Source: Octopus sinensis
Lineage: Eukaryota
Reading direction: 5' to 3'
Assembly (NCBI RefSeq): GCF_006345805.1
Contig: NC_043007.1
Coordinates: 72,726,001-72,790,000, forward strand
Length of the DNA: 64,000 bases
Positions 51,330 through 64,000 of the stretch are shown one piece after another (within the stretch, counting starts at the first letter, position 1; every line of letters begins with the position of its first letter). Position numbers and translations under genes: made by a program. The notes beneath the pieces are model-generated. The model was given only the letters and a program-made list of their open reading frames with translations. It was not told the origin of the DNA and did not search any database.

Positions 51330-52330
51330 GGACGAAGAGTGGAGACAACAAGGGTGACGGTAAAACGGAATATGCCTTCCCCAACAAATGTAAAGTTGTT
51401 ACAAGTATTCTCAGGCTTGGTAAACTACTATCATGTTTATATCCCAAATGTATACAACAGGGTGGCACGTAAAAAGCACCAACCGATCGTGACCGCTGCC
51501 AGACTGCCCTGGCACCTGTGCCGTTGGCACATAAATGCACCCACTACACTCACGGAGTGGTTGGCGTTAGGAAGGGCATCCAGCTGTAGAAACACTGCCA
51601 GATCAGACTGGAGCCTGGTGCAGCCTCCTGGCTTCCCAGACCCTGGTCGAACCGTCCAACCCATGCTAGCACGGAAAACGGATGTTAAATGATGATGATG
51701 ATAATGGGGGCTCCCCTAAATGAGCTGTTAAAAAGGATGCCAAATGGTTTTGATCAGAAAAATGCCAGATAGCATTTGAGGAGTTAAAGCACATTTTAAC
51801 TTCAAACTTTCACTTACACACTTCCATCCGAAGTTGGAGACAATACTAGCAACTGATGCTAGCGAGTATGGGGTAGGTGCTGTACTCCTACTCAAATGTG
51901 AAGATGGCACTCAAAAGGCCACAGCTCATGTGTCAAGGACACAATTGCCAGTGGAAGAAAATTATAGCCAAGTTGGCATTTATATTTGGCATAAAACAGT
52001 TCTACAGGTATATACATGGTAGACGGTTTAGACTACAAACAGACCATAGCCCTTTGCTAATAGTTTATAGATCCAGGAAAGGAATCCTAGTACATACAGA
52101 AACAGGTTGCAGTGATGGGACACCATACTACTAAACTATGACTATGCAATGGAATATTTTGAGAAAGCTAGGACATGCTGACGGCCTATACAGGTTAATA
52201 CCCAGAAATGGACATAGAAATAGCAGCCCTAAGAGCTGAAGGGAAAATTAAACACATATTGTGGAACATTGTAGGAGAGTTACCAATAACTCTGGAGGAG
52301 ATAAAGTGACGTGCTTCAAAAGATAAGTTT
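51330..52330 (+). mobile_element. Third Ty3/Gypsy RT-RNaseH remnant, split by an RTE-tail insertion (~51460-51703)
   Basis: NMPSPTNVKLLQVFSGLVNYYHVYIPN | insertion | PLNELLKKDAKW...ILATDASEYGVGAVLL...RFRLQTDHSPLL. Confidence 0.8.
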
Positions 52331-53302
52331 ATTAATGAAATAAAAAATCTCTGCGATCAGCTAAAGAAAACAAAAATAGGTTCGGTATGAAAATACAGCA
52401 ACAGGTAAACATATGTAGCGTATCCTTAGTGAAATTCATCTTCTCTCTCTGACATATATAACACAAATACGGACGTAGAAGATAACAGCTAATCTTCGGC
52501 AGCTTAGGCCCAGTTGTGTCCACTATTCTGATTGGTTGGTTTGGGTGCAGTTTGTCTCTTGCTTTATTTCAACAAGCATAAACAAAGCGATTTACAAGTA
52601 TACTCAAACACAAACTTCACTCAACTCAAGGTCCCAGGTCACTTGTCGCAAAAACTCTCCTCCCTAGGAACTTAGCAGACCTGAACTTCCCATTTTATAA
52701 CTGAAAAATAGACGCTAGGCCAGTCCATTAGGTTAAAGATGTGGGCAGTTCAAGTAAAGCTAGATAGATCCATCCAACCGTTACGTGGTAAACTAAAATG
52801 GTAAAAGGTAAAAGCTTCAATGTGGGCAGCTAAAGTTCAAGATCGCTCATGCTGCTGTTATAGGATGGGTGAGATTCAAATGCAGAACGAGCTAAAATAA
52901 ATTCCTGCTCGCTCGATTACGACTAATTTATTTATATCAACCTTAATTATCTAACTTCTAATTATTAATTAATCTCTCACACGTAATACGTTATTCCCAC
53001 TCCCTATATATCCGGTATGTTTGTTAATACATGAATAATTTGGAAATTTTATTAGTTTTTCGTGTTTGTTATCTATAATAGTATTTTTGACATATTCACA
53101 ATTCTTTAAATATTTTTTTGTATATCCGGGTCTTAAACGCAGCATCATTTTTTTCTGTTTTTCAGTCTATTTATTCTGAAGATTTTGATATAATGATGTT
53201 GCGGCTGGTGTTGTTACTCTCCCGACCATGATCTGACTGAAGCTATTCTTATTTACCGCATCAATATTTCAATCTCGACTAAATTTGTTACAGAAAGACA
53301 CT

Positions 53303-53383
53303 ATGGAACAATTTTTAACAGCATTTATTCTGACACTGTTGTTTATTCACAACTCCGCCGTGTGTCCTAAACCTAAATACATT
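53303..53383 (+). CDS. Possible first coding exon with signal peptide (MEQFLTAFILTLLFIHNSAVCPKPKYI)
   Basis: ATG at 53303, a hydrophobic 13-residue core, a small-residue cleavage region (NSA-V), and a consensus GTAAGT donor at 53384 (phase 0). Candidate upstream acceptors lie at 53165 and 53293. No downstream exon was identified. Confidence 0.4.
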
Positions 53384-54156
53384 GTAAGTATGACAATTAA
53401 TGCAACAATTTCATTTTGGCAATTTATATATTTTTTATCTCATTATCCAGGTATTTCTGCTTCATCTTTTGAAATGACTTTTTATGATATTTGTTTTCTC
53501 AAGTTGATTTTTCCTTTCAAACCGACGTAATTTATTTTATCATTTATGCTATAAATTTGACAGTCTTGAAATGAATTAGCAGCGATTTATTTTTACGAAC
53601 TTTACCTGTTTAACCATTCTATATTAATCTATATACAGTTAATAATAATACAGTTAACAATAATCTGCAAGCAATTAATATTTGATTATACTATAATTAG
53701 ACTAATCGACCTATAATTTTATATATTATATGTTCAATGATACTATTCAAAGAGCTCCTTTAGAAACCTCCCCAAGAAAATGAAATGCAATTAAAAAAAG
53801 GTTAGGAAAATGGAAAATAGCGCCCTATTCAATAACCGTAAGTTAGAAATTTAAGTTCAATCAAGCATCACTCATCTTCTTGTATTGACTGACACCTGTT
53901 GGATGCTACCTTAACAACCACAATCTGTTACGCTTGGCCAGGGCTGCTTAAGCAGACCTATAACTAACTAAACGCATCTCAACCGTGACCATCCCGTCTT
54001 TTTCCCTTTGAACAGGGAACCCAAAACTACGTTCTCCACAACGTGTCTTTATCTAAGGCGGTTAGGAGTAATTTGAAGGAAATGACTGTTATTTCTAGCG
54101 AGCCTCGAGCGCTTACGCAGAGAGAGGCCCCTTCGTTGGTGTGTCGAACTCTAAAG

Positions 54157-54190
54157 CAGTGGTCCTCAACCAGGGGCCGTATGGCACCTC
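54157..54190. mobile_element. hAT (Charlie-like) terminal inverted repeat, single end
   Basis: CTCTAAAG|CAGTGGTCCTCAACCAGGGG. The matching right end was not found. Confidence 0.4.
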
Positions 54191-54489
54191 TCCCAGATAT
54201 ATAAAAAAAATTTTCGGATTCCTACGTTTTAGATGCAGGAGAGTACGAATATGCCAAAAAAAAAAGGCCTTTTCAAATTTCTCCCTCTCCATCCCCAATT
54301 TAAAATTTTGAACTTTTTTCGAAATTTTTTTAAAACCACCTTTTCCAAATTTAAAATGCCCACCTCATCCTTCATTCCCCCAAATTTTAAATTTTTCAAA
54401 TTTCACCCCGCCCCTCTGGCGGACCTGGTGCACAGTCACCCCATAAAAAAAGACATTTACGATTTTTTTTTCAGCGGGTTCCTGAGTTT

Positions 54490-55115
54490 TCGATGACGGA
54501 GATTCCAAATATACAAGAAACCTTGAAAAAAATACGGAGATTAACAATATGGCAAACAAAAAATTAACTAATTTCAAGTTTTATCTGAAAAACTCCAAAT
54601 TTGATCCACACACCCGTCACCACCCAGCAAAAAGAGGGTCACTAAAAACGAACGGCTGAAACAAGTGAAACAGTGGTGTGTGGATCAGTTTTGGAAGTAT
54701 GTTAAAGTTAGTAGTAAATGTATGACGGAGAATTATTTAATATCGTGTTTGCTTCTATGAGAATCGTTTACCTTTAAAGCGAAAAAGCAAGACCGACATA
54801 TACAACAGGTATGTAACACATGCTGTTTCACTTGTTTCAGCCGTTCATTTTCAGTAAGCTGTAGAGATTGCTGCGCACCCTTTTTGCTGGGTGGCGAGGG
54901 ATGTGTGGATCAAATTTGGAATTTTTCATATAAAATTTGAAATTAATTTTTTGTTTGCCATATTGTTTGTTAATCTCCGTATTTTTCCACGTAGATTGAA
55001 TAAAAAAATTTTCGAAAAATGTTAGAAATTTTTAAAAATTGGAAGGGGGAATTGAAAATTTTGAATTTTGAAAACGTGATTTTTTGCATTTTCGGAATCT
55101 CCGTCATCGAAAATC
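54490..55115. repeat. Degenerate inverted repeat (arms ~54490-54675 and ~54820-55115), MITE/foldback-like
   Basis: GGCTGAAACAAGTGAAACAG vs CTGTTTCACTTGTTTCAGCC; CAAATTTGATCCACAC vs GTGTGGATCAAATTTG; GACGGAGATTCC vs GGAATCTCCGTC. Confidence 0.7.
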
Positions 55116-55828
55116 TAGAAATGCGCCGAGGAAAAAAAAAAAAAAAATTCCGAATGGTCAGTTTTTGTACCCAGACTTTAATATGTTTAATAATTATTAA
55201 ACATTAATGTTTGTGTCTCATAAAATGGTATCTATTTTGTTGTGTCTGAGGAGCCTCATTCTCTTTTAGTGACTTATTATTTAACTTACTCATTGGTAAA
55301 GTTTCCCCTCATTTATTTTCTTAATCTAAAAATTTTCAATTTATATATAATTATTATCTACGATTATTTAAGGCAAGCACAAGTAAAACGCAAATTCTTT
55401 TCCGTTTAATGTCTTTGTCTATATTCAATGGATAGATAAATATGAATAAACGGATAGGGATAAATAAATAGGCAAATAAATAAATGGATGAAAAAGTTCA
55501 AAATTTCAGAAAATGTTTTCTTTCGCGTATTCGTTATCTCCGACATCTAAAACGTAGGAACCCGAAAAATATTTTTCAAAAAATGCATTTTTCGAGGAGA
55601 GGTGTGATTCTACATTAGCCCCGGCCCCTGTGGGTCCATATAAAGTTTTTGAGGGTCCACGCAATAAAATAGGGTTAATTATTGTGTTGGGTGGGGGTGT
55701 TAAACTCCCTTGTTCGAAAATATAAGGATACAGCTGGAGACGATGTCTCCTGGGGATAAACAAGAGTAGCATTCGTCCCAACAGGGACTGCCACATTACA
55801 CTGGCAAATAACTTTACTTTATTACTAA

Positions 55829-56502
55829 CTAGCAGTATCGCCCGGCGTTGCTCGGGTTTGTAAGGGAAATAACTATATAAGCATTTTTAGAGAGTTATAA
55901 AAAATAGCAAAAAAATGCATTAAAAATGGAATAAAAAATGATGGTAATTTTTTTTTAAATCGTTGACTCATCGTAGACATTTTTAGAGAGTTACTTCCCT
56001 TATATAATAGCGAAAAAATGCATTAAAATGGAAGAAATGATGGTAATTTTTTTTAAAATCGTAGACTCATCGTAGACGCTTTCTTAGCCATTTCTGTTTT
56101 GGTGTCTTCAAGCCATGAAGTCGTTGTTCTAAAAGAACGCTGGTCTCCTTGACAACGCTTTACGACGTTGATTTCCTTACACTCCCTTCCCCACAGCTTC
56201 ACGAGGGAGGGAGGAAGGGGGAGAAGCAAACAGGTGCAGGTGTGACCATGGACGCCAACTCCGCCGCCATCGACACACGAAAGATTATGCATTAAAATGG
56301 AATAAAAAATGATGTTAAATTATTTTAAAAATCGTAGACTCATCGTAGACGCGCGCTAATACTCAGACGGGCTCGATATGAATCACGACTATAAGATACC
56401 CGAATTTGGTGGGACTATAAGATACCGCAAAATGTGGGAGTAGTTAGGAATCTAAATCGAAGGGGACAGACACTCACACAACTACAGTTTTATATATATA
56501 GA
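55829..56502 (-). mobile_element. Non-autonomous Helitron with a ~205-bp internal insert (56080-56285)
   Basis: Same CTAG/hairpin and TC termini as the 4489-4885 copy. The subrepeat array is interrupted by unrelated GC-richer sequence. Confidence 0.8.
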
Positions 56503-56509
56503 TTACTAA

Positions 56510-57220
56510 GTTATTTGGCCTTTCGGAAAATTCACACGATCCGATTTTTTCTCCTCATAACTTTCAGGAAAAGGAATAACTTTTAATGAAATTTTACAGA
56601 AACACTTTTCAAACAGCATAGATTATGATTATAAAGAAATTTGTGGGCAAAAATGTTTTGCGAAGGGGTAGGGGAGAGGACATTAAAACAACGATGCGAA
56701 AATACCTCACACTAACAATTTTGAAGATAGCACCCAGAGAAAACACACACACAAAACAGTGAAAGACTTTGGAGAGACATAAAAGAATCAAAAAGCCATG
56801 AATTGAATCAAAATATCTGCAACAATATTAAGAAAGTCTGTTGCACAAGTTCTTCATAGAGGCAGCCAAGTTATACCTTCCTCTCTCAAATCGTTGCCGT
56901 CAAATAATTACTTACCAAGACGAAGGTATATGTACATGTATGTTTGCGCAATTTTTTGTTTTCATATCCGTTTTTTATACGTTTTTTTTTACACCTGTTA
57001 GACTCTCTTTTACTCTTTTACTTGTTTCAGTCATTTGACTGCGGCCATGCTGGAGCACCGCCTTTAGTCGAGTAAATCGACCCCGGGACTTATTCTTTTG
57101 TAAGCCCAGTACTTATTCTATCGGTCTCTATTGCCGAACCGCTAAGTGACGGGGACGTAAACACACCAGCATCGGTTGTCAAGCAATGCTAGAAGGACAA
57201 ACACAGACACACAAACATAT

Positions 57221-57282
<62 letters not shown>

Positions 57283-59100
57283 CATACGACAGGCTTCTTT
57301 CAGTTTCCGTCTACCAAATCCACTCACAAGGCTTTGGTCGGCCCGAGGCTATAGCAGAAGACACTTGCCCAAGGTACCACGCAGTGGGACTGAACCCGGA
57401 ACCATGTGGTTGGTTAGCAAGCTACTTACCACACAGCCACTCCTGCGCCTTTACTTTTTCGTTTTGGTGACCGGGTGCTAAACTAGAACCTGAAAGTTAT
57501 GAGGGCGAAAAACGGATTGTGTGAGCTTTCCGACAGCCCTCTTCCCACCCCTTCAAAAAAAATTTCCCCCACAAATTTCTTTATAATCGTAATCTACGCC
57601 GTTTGAAAGATGTTTCTGCAAACTTTCATTAAACGATATCTTTTTTCCTGAAAGTTATGAGGTAAAAAATCGGATCGTGTGAATTTTCATATTCATTTTC
57701 GACACTTTTTTTTAACACTTATTAGACTGGTTTTTTTTTTTTTTCGTTTTTATGACCGGACGCTTAACTAGATCCTGAAAGTTATCAGGGAGAAAAACGG
57801 ATCGTGTGAATTTTCCGTCAGTCTTTTCCCCACCTCTTCAGAAAACATTTTCCCCACAAATTTCTTTACAATCGTAATCTATGCCGTTTGAAATGTGTTT
57901 CTGTAAAATTTCATTGAAAAATATCCATTTTCCTGAAAGTTATGAAGGGAAAAAAACGGATCGTGTGAATTTCCGAAATTCTCTCTCCTTCCCTTCGGAA
58001 AAGTTTTCCTCAGAAATTTCTTTATAATCGTAATTTGTGCCATTTGAATGGTATTTCTATAAAATTTCATTAATATATATATATATACATATATCCATTT
58101 TCCTGAAAATTATGAGGGAAAAATCAGATCTTGTGAATTTTCCGAAAGTCCTCTCCCCATCCCCCATTCATTTGCGCAAATTTTAGTTCTCATATTTGTT
58201 TTCTACACATTTTTCTACACCTAGTAGGCTGTCTTTTTTTTTTTGCTTTCATGGCCGGCGCTTAAACTGTATATTGACCAAAAAAAAATATGTATTAAAC
58301 GAATATGAAAGCAAAAATTTGCGCAAACGAACGGGGAGGACTTTCGAAAAATGCGCAAGATTTGATTTTTTTCCTCTCATAACTTTTAGGAAAATGGATA
58401 TCTTTTAAAGAAATTTTATATAAATACCTTTCAAATGGCATAGATTACGATTATGAAGAAATTTGTGAGAAAAAATTTTTTCCGAAGGGGTAAGGAGAGG
58501 GTTTTCGAAGGGAAACAAATTCATACATTATTATTTTTTTTGCTTGAGTGTAATGGAAATAAATTTGACAAAATTTTGTAGATTCATTTATTTTTCGTTT
58601 GAGTAATGGGAAAAGGTTTTTAAAATGATCCCATGTATCATGGTGAAACGAATTCATAAATGAATATGGTTTCACTATGGAAAAAAAGTTAAGGGCGATT
58701 TAGCTGTTGTTTTTAGCACATCACCTTTGGGATCTTTTTAAAAATCCTTTTCTATTACTCAAGCGAAAAAAAATGAATCTAAAATTTTTTTTCTAACTTA
58801 TTTCCATTACACTCAAACAAAAAAATAATTTATGAATTTCTTTCTCTTCGAAAAAATGTTCTCCATAAATTTCCCCCTCGAAAAAATGTTCTCCATAAAT
58901 TTCTTTATAATCGTAATCTATGATGTTTGAAAGGTATGTATATAAAATTTCATTAAAAGATATCCATTTTCCTAGAAGTTATGAGGGGAAAAAATTGGAT
59001 CGTGTGAATTTTCCGAAAATATTCTCCCCACCATCTGGTTCGTTGGCGCAAATTTTTGTTTTCATATTCCTTTAATACAGATTTTTTTTTTTTAAATCTA
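56510..59100. mobile_element. Foldback-like family built from ~180-200-bp subrepeats (GATCGTGTGAATTTTCCGAAA; TTTTCCTGAAAGTTATGAG), including an ~810-bp inverted repeat at 58285-59095
   Basis: Reverse-orientation units at 56510-56720 and 58320-58530, and forward units at 57480-58200 and 58880-59060. Arms 58285-58632 and 58728-59095 are complementary. Confidence 0.65.
57002..57449 (-). mobile_element. Full-length family-A SINE inside the foldback-like region
   Basis: Reverse complement of the consensus. Confidence 0.9.
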
Positions 59101-59289
59101 TTACACTTTTTTTGTTTTGGTGACCGGGAGTTTAAACATTAACCCAAAATAGTAAATTAGGGATCCAGAACAGAATTCTAAGGGCCCCTGAAAAAAAGTT
59201 TTGTGGTGAAGGTACAGCACGTGCACACTACTCACTCCCCCCCCCCAATTTCTTTGGATCTCCGTTTTCGATATAGAATGTGATTTTGT

Positions 59290-59845
59290 CCAAAAGTCAC
59301 ATTTTCAACATCTAAATTTCCCCAATTTCTTAATTTTAAACTTGTTTTGAATTAAAAAAAAATCCACTTAGAAAATTACAGGGATTACAAATCTGGGCAG
59401 TTTTATTTTAAAATTTCAATTTTATTTAAAGAAACACACCATGCTCCTTCCCTCATCTTGCCTACCCATCACCTCCTCACTTTCAAAAAGCAAAAAAACT
59501 CCGATTGTTTCACTTTTGCCTGATGTTTCACGCATGAATTCTACTGAAATAGCAGACGTCGAAAATATCAGACCACTGCTTGAAAACCTGACATGTTTGA
59601 AACTTTCTGAAAAAAATTCCCTGCTTTCAAAAAAGCTGAAAGTGAAACATTCGGAGTTTTTAGCTTTTTGAAAGTGGGGAGGTGGAGGTTGGGGAAGGGG
59701 ATTTGAGTGTTTCTTTAAGAAAAATTATAAAAATAAATTCTTAAAGATTTGTAATCTCTGTATTTTTCTATGAAAGAAAATTTCGAAAAAAGTTTAAAAT
59801 TTTAAAAATGGGGTAGGGAGATGAAAATTTTGAAAATGTGTTTTC
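59290..59845. repeat. Degenerate inverted repeat (~230-bp arms), MITE-like
   Basis: CACTTTCAAAAAGC...AACTCCGATTGTTTCACTTT vs AAAGTGAAACATTCGGAGTT...GCTTTTTGAAAGTG; GATTACAAATCT vs AGATTTGTAATC. Confidence 0.65.
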
Positions 59846-61279
59846 TTGGGGGAAATCATCCTAATCTCCTATATCCAAGACACAGGAACCTGAAAAAATT
59901 TTGGTAAAAAAAAAAAAAAGGAAGAGGTGCAAATGTCACTTCCAACATGCTAGAAACCACAGCTAAACGACACAATTTCTGAAAAACTTCAGGTTTTTAA
60001 ATACGCTCATCACAAAGACGAATTACAAAATAAAAGAAAAAGGTCATTGCCATTGAAGTTGAGCTGTAATTTTGCGCGTGCACACAGCGAGAAATAACGT
60101 AATTCGTACTGAAGTTTTACCTCGAGTATGTGTGTGTGACTGTGCAAAAGAAGTTATTTTTACATACCATTCTTAATTCCGAACTAAGAAAAACTTGAAC
60201 AATACTTCCAAAATTGTACTTCAGCCATGATTTTAAGCTCCCAAGAAGTAGTCAAGGAGGGAGGGGGGTAATATTTAAAAACAATTTTTTTTTGGATAAT
60301 CGTATTAATTCCATTATGCGGAGGACAGGATCGAAAAAATTTTGAGAAAATTCTTAAAAATAAAAAAAATTACAAGGGGTTTTAGTACATACTCCATCAG
60401 AACTCCACCGGTTTTCTTTAATTTTGTAATTAGTCTTCGTGATGAGCATATCTAAAAACTTGATCTTTGATATTGTAGCAAGACATGATAAATCTATTAT
60501 TTTTACATGAGCATTAGTTAGTTATTTGGGACAGATGCTGACTAGTTAAGGTTGGCGTTGCGCAAATTCAAAGAACAATTTCTGCCCAAGTCTAAAGAAT
60601 ATCTAAAAACTAAAAGAGGTGGATTTTGCCTTTCATCCTTTCGGGGCCTATAAGTTAATTGCTGTGAAGATGTTGAACTATTAACAATGTACTACCTAGC
60701 TTCTCATTCTGTCAGCTTCATCTGGAACCTGGAAGATTACTTGTTCAATTTCTTAGTCACTATGACTATTCAGCTAAGTTTTTCTTTTTTTTTTTTTAGT
60801 AAGTCAAAATCATTATGCCCACTTCTTCACTTGGCATTCGTCTTCTTTTTAAGCTGCTATGAAGCTTATATCGTTTTACCATGTTTGAAATTGACTGAAT
60901 CAGCAAGACTAGTCTGACTTTGTACTATGGGACTGATATCCAGTACCAAACTAAAGAACCTGTAAAAATTAGTAAGTCCAACAGAATGTCTAAATTTTGA
61001 TTGTTTACACACACAGTGAACTTTCCTGTAATTTGGTGACTACCTGCCGCTAGAATATTTCGTTTGAAATATTCTCTAAAAAATTTTTTTTAAATTTAAA
61101 TCACAAGTATGCTACAGACAGTACATATTGAGTAATGCTTGAACCTTGTGTGTGTACATTTGTTGGAAAGGAATAACTAAACGAATTGTAGAAGTTTCCT
61201 ATTCTTTTTATTGCCGTTTTGGTGAACTCTCTTATTTGAGGACTGCGCTTCATTTATCATTTCAAACAGTCTGTATTCT

Positions 61280-64000
61280 TTTGAGCCAACATGAATCATT
61301 CTCTGTTACTGGTCTTCTGTGGCAATGTTCGCGTCTGATTCGCCCAAACTGAATCGTATTTCGCAGTGAATAACATTAATTCCGAGCAGCAGCAGTAGCT
61401 CCACATCTTGTGTGCTATTCCTTCTGCTTTAGCAACATAATTGAGAGACTTAATTACTGACCCACCTGTGGATGCATCATATATAACTATAAAAAAAACG
61501 AAATTCTTCGTAGAACTTCACTTTCGGCAGAAAAACGCTTCCATACTTTAGTAAACGACGAGCATTTAGGCGACAGAAACCCGAGCTTTATGGCGGCGAC
61601 CTGGCAGAAACGTTAGCACGGCAGGCGACATGCGTAACCGTATTTCGTCTGCCGTTACGTTCTGAGTTCAAATTCTGCCGAGGTGGACTTTGCCTTTCAT
61701 TCTTTCGGGGCCGATAAATTAAGTACCAGTTACGCACTGGGGTCGACGTAATCGACTTAATCCGTTTGTCTGTCCTTGTTTGCCCCTTGTGGGTAGTAAA
61801 GAAATAGGTATTTCGTCTGCCGCTACGTTCTGAGTTCAAATTCCGCCGAGGTCGACTTTGCCTTTCATCCTTTCGGGGTCGATAAATTAAGTACCAGTTA
61901 CGCACTGGGGTCGACTTAATCCGTTTGTCTGTCCTTGTTTACCCCCTCTGTGTTTGGCCCCTTGTGGGTAGTAAAGAAATAGGTATTTCGTCTGCCGCTA
62001 CGTTCCGAGTTCAAATTCCGCCGAGGTCGACTTTGCCTTTCATCCTTTCGGGGTCGATAAATTAAGTACCAGTTTCGCACTGGGGTCGATGTAATCGACT
62101 TAATCCTGTTTGTCTGTCTTTGTTTGTCCCCTCTGTTTAGCCCCTTGTGGGCAATAAAGAAATAAGAAAGCCGTTCCATTTTCTCCGTCGCATTAGAGAA
62201 CTATCTGAGGGGTCTTCTAAAGGTAGTTCTCTGATTAAACAATTTTTCTTCTCTCATTTGCCATCGAATGTGCAGGCCATTTTAGCACCAATGGTAGATG
62301 TTAGTTCTGTGGTTCAGTTGGCTACCTCGGCAGACAAAATCATGGGAATATGCTTGCAAATAGACACACAACTACAGTAGCAATGTTACCTCAGCAGCAA
62401 GATTTGATTCCGTTGGCCACACTTCAAGCTATTTTGGATTTAACTAAAGAAGTTAAGAAATTATGTGTTGCACAGAGCTCCTCACGATGATCATTCAGTC
62501 GTTCTTCCTCGCCAAGACGGCGACGTTCATTTTCTCCGGCGTCCTTGAGTGTGTGTTGGTATCATATTTGTTTTGCGAAGAAGGCTCATAGATGTATAAA
62601 GCCCTACTCATATGTGAGTCAGGGAAAGGCAACTGGGGAGGCACTGAGCACAACAGCTGCTCCTAGTGCAGACTCTTGTAATCATATATTTTTCATGGAA
62701 GATTTCTTACCACAGAAATTATTTTTGGTTGATTCTGGTGCTTCTTGCAGTATCTGGCCAGCGAAGTTCATGAAGGATAAACCGCTTCTTTCCGAAATTA
62801 CCCTGCAGGAGGTAAACCATTCAGACATTTGGTCAAATTTCCCTTTCTTTGCATTTGAACTTACGTTGTGATTTTAAATGGATCTTCATCATATCTGACC
62901 TGCCTTATCCAATCTTGGCAGATTTTCTCCATTACTATTCTCCATTAGTGGATGTACGTAAACGACGCCTGTTGGATGACACTGCTGATCTTTCAGTTGT
63001 AGGAAAGAATTTGAATACTCCGCTGTTAGCCCCACATTTTTATCGCTGTTTCGGGAGACGTGTATCATTCCTTTTTAAACTATTTCGCAGAGCTTACCAA
63101 TTTGAACTTCCATATGAGTGGTCCTACCCATACTACAAAACATTTTATTTCCACGAGTGGTGCACCGTTGTTTTCGTGTCTGTGTCGTCTTCTTCTGGAT
63201 TAAATTAAAGGCAGCAATGGTTGAGTTTGATAATTTATTACAGCAGGGAATTATTCACCCTACCACAAGTCCTTGGGCCTATCCTTTGCATATGGTTCCT
63301 AAAGGTTCTGGAGATTGGAGACCGACAGGGGATTTTAGAAGGTTAAATTCCATGACGGTCCGTGATAGATACCCTATCCCTCTTCTTCATGATTTTTCAT
63401 CTTCTTTGCATGGATGTAGTGTATTTTCTATGCTCGATTTGGTGCGAGCGCATCATCTGATTCCAGTCAACCTGGAGGATATTCCAATAACAACGCCATT
63501 TGGCTCTTTTGAAATCTTAACCATGCCATTTGGCCTCCGAAATGCTGCCAGCACATTTCAACGGTTCATAGACTGTCGTTCGTGGACTGGATTTCGTCTA
63601 TGCTTATATTGATGATCTGATGGCCAGATCTTCTGCTGAAGAGCACGTTCATTATTTAAAGAGGCTTTTCCAGTGCCTTCAGGATTATAAAGTGCAACTT
63701 AACCCTACTAAATGTGTTTTTGGCTCTTCTCCTCTTGTGTTTCTCAGTCACCTTATTGACAGTGAGGGCATTCTACCTCTTCCTGAGAAAGTGCAGGCTT
63801 TTGGAGACCTTACTCCTTCTCTTCATCAGCTGCATCATTTCATCGGCCTATTGAATTTTTATAGATGCTTTATTCCTCGCTGTACTGCTGTCTCCTCTTA
63901 ATGAAGTGTTAAAGAATCGTCAAAAGAAAGATGAGGATATTGCATCGACTTTAACTCAGTTGAAATCTTTTAATTCTGCAAAAGATGAACTTGGAAAAGC
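61280..64000 (+). mobile_element. Fourth Ty3/Gypsy element: decayed gag, protease and RT, running off the window end
   Basis: Gag: FAQTESYFAVNNI...LRDLITDPP...EHLGDR | SINEs | KPFHFLRRIREL; CWYH...CIKP knuckle. Protease: FLVDSGAS. RT: [27 protein letters not shown]...[15 protein letters not shown]. Confidence 0.88.
61590..62165 (+). mobile_element. Head-to-tail trimer of family-B SINE inserted in Gypsy gag
   Basis: One full head at ~61592, then two head-truncated copies starting GGTATTTCGTCTGCCGCTACG at ~61806 and ~61982. AGAAACCCG and AGAAAGCCG flank the insertion. Confidence 0.85.

Noticed and set aside
52470-52950. Possible LTR (minus-strand TATAAAA then AATAAA)
   Set aside because: No TG...CA termini, TSD or second copy could be identified.
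60716-60800. Possible exon LHLEPGRLLVQFLSHYDYSA after a TCAG acceptor
   Set aside because: There is no credible donor before a poly-T run and no recognisable homology.

Overview
AT-rich, microsatellite-laden animal genomic DNA. The SINE/LINE families resemble those I associate with Octopus (coleoid cephalopod); that assignment is inference, not database-checked. Host coding content is small: one 716-bp terminal exon encoding a SEFIR (IL-17-receptor-type) domain at 8212-8927 (+), and a possible signal-peptide exon at 53303-53383 (+). The rest is decayed transposons: Penelope-like elements, four Ty3/Gypsy remnants, RTE, CR1 and R4-like LINEs, mariners, Helitrons, MITE/foldback elements and three tRNA-SINE families. 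The dominant feature is a 12.6-kb array (31017-43617) of about 23 near-identical 550-bp units. It sits between (TA)n tracts and switches orientation at ~37785. Every unit carries a type I hammerhead ribozyme motif (CUGAUGA core, GAAA, palindromic ACGUACGU stem III, GUA cleavage triplet, base-paired stem I), and 20 of 23 cores are intact by eye. This is a retrozyme or self-cleaving-satellite-like locus predicted to yield ~550-nt monomer or circular RNAs. Minimal hammerhead-like motifs also occur in Penelope-type terminal repeats elsewhere in the window. Nearly all ORFs in the supplied track are microsatellite, antisense or repeat artefacts. I saw no rRNA genes, true tRNA genes or CRISPR arrays.
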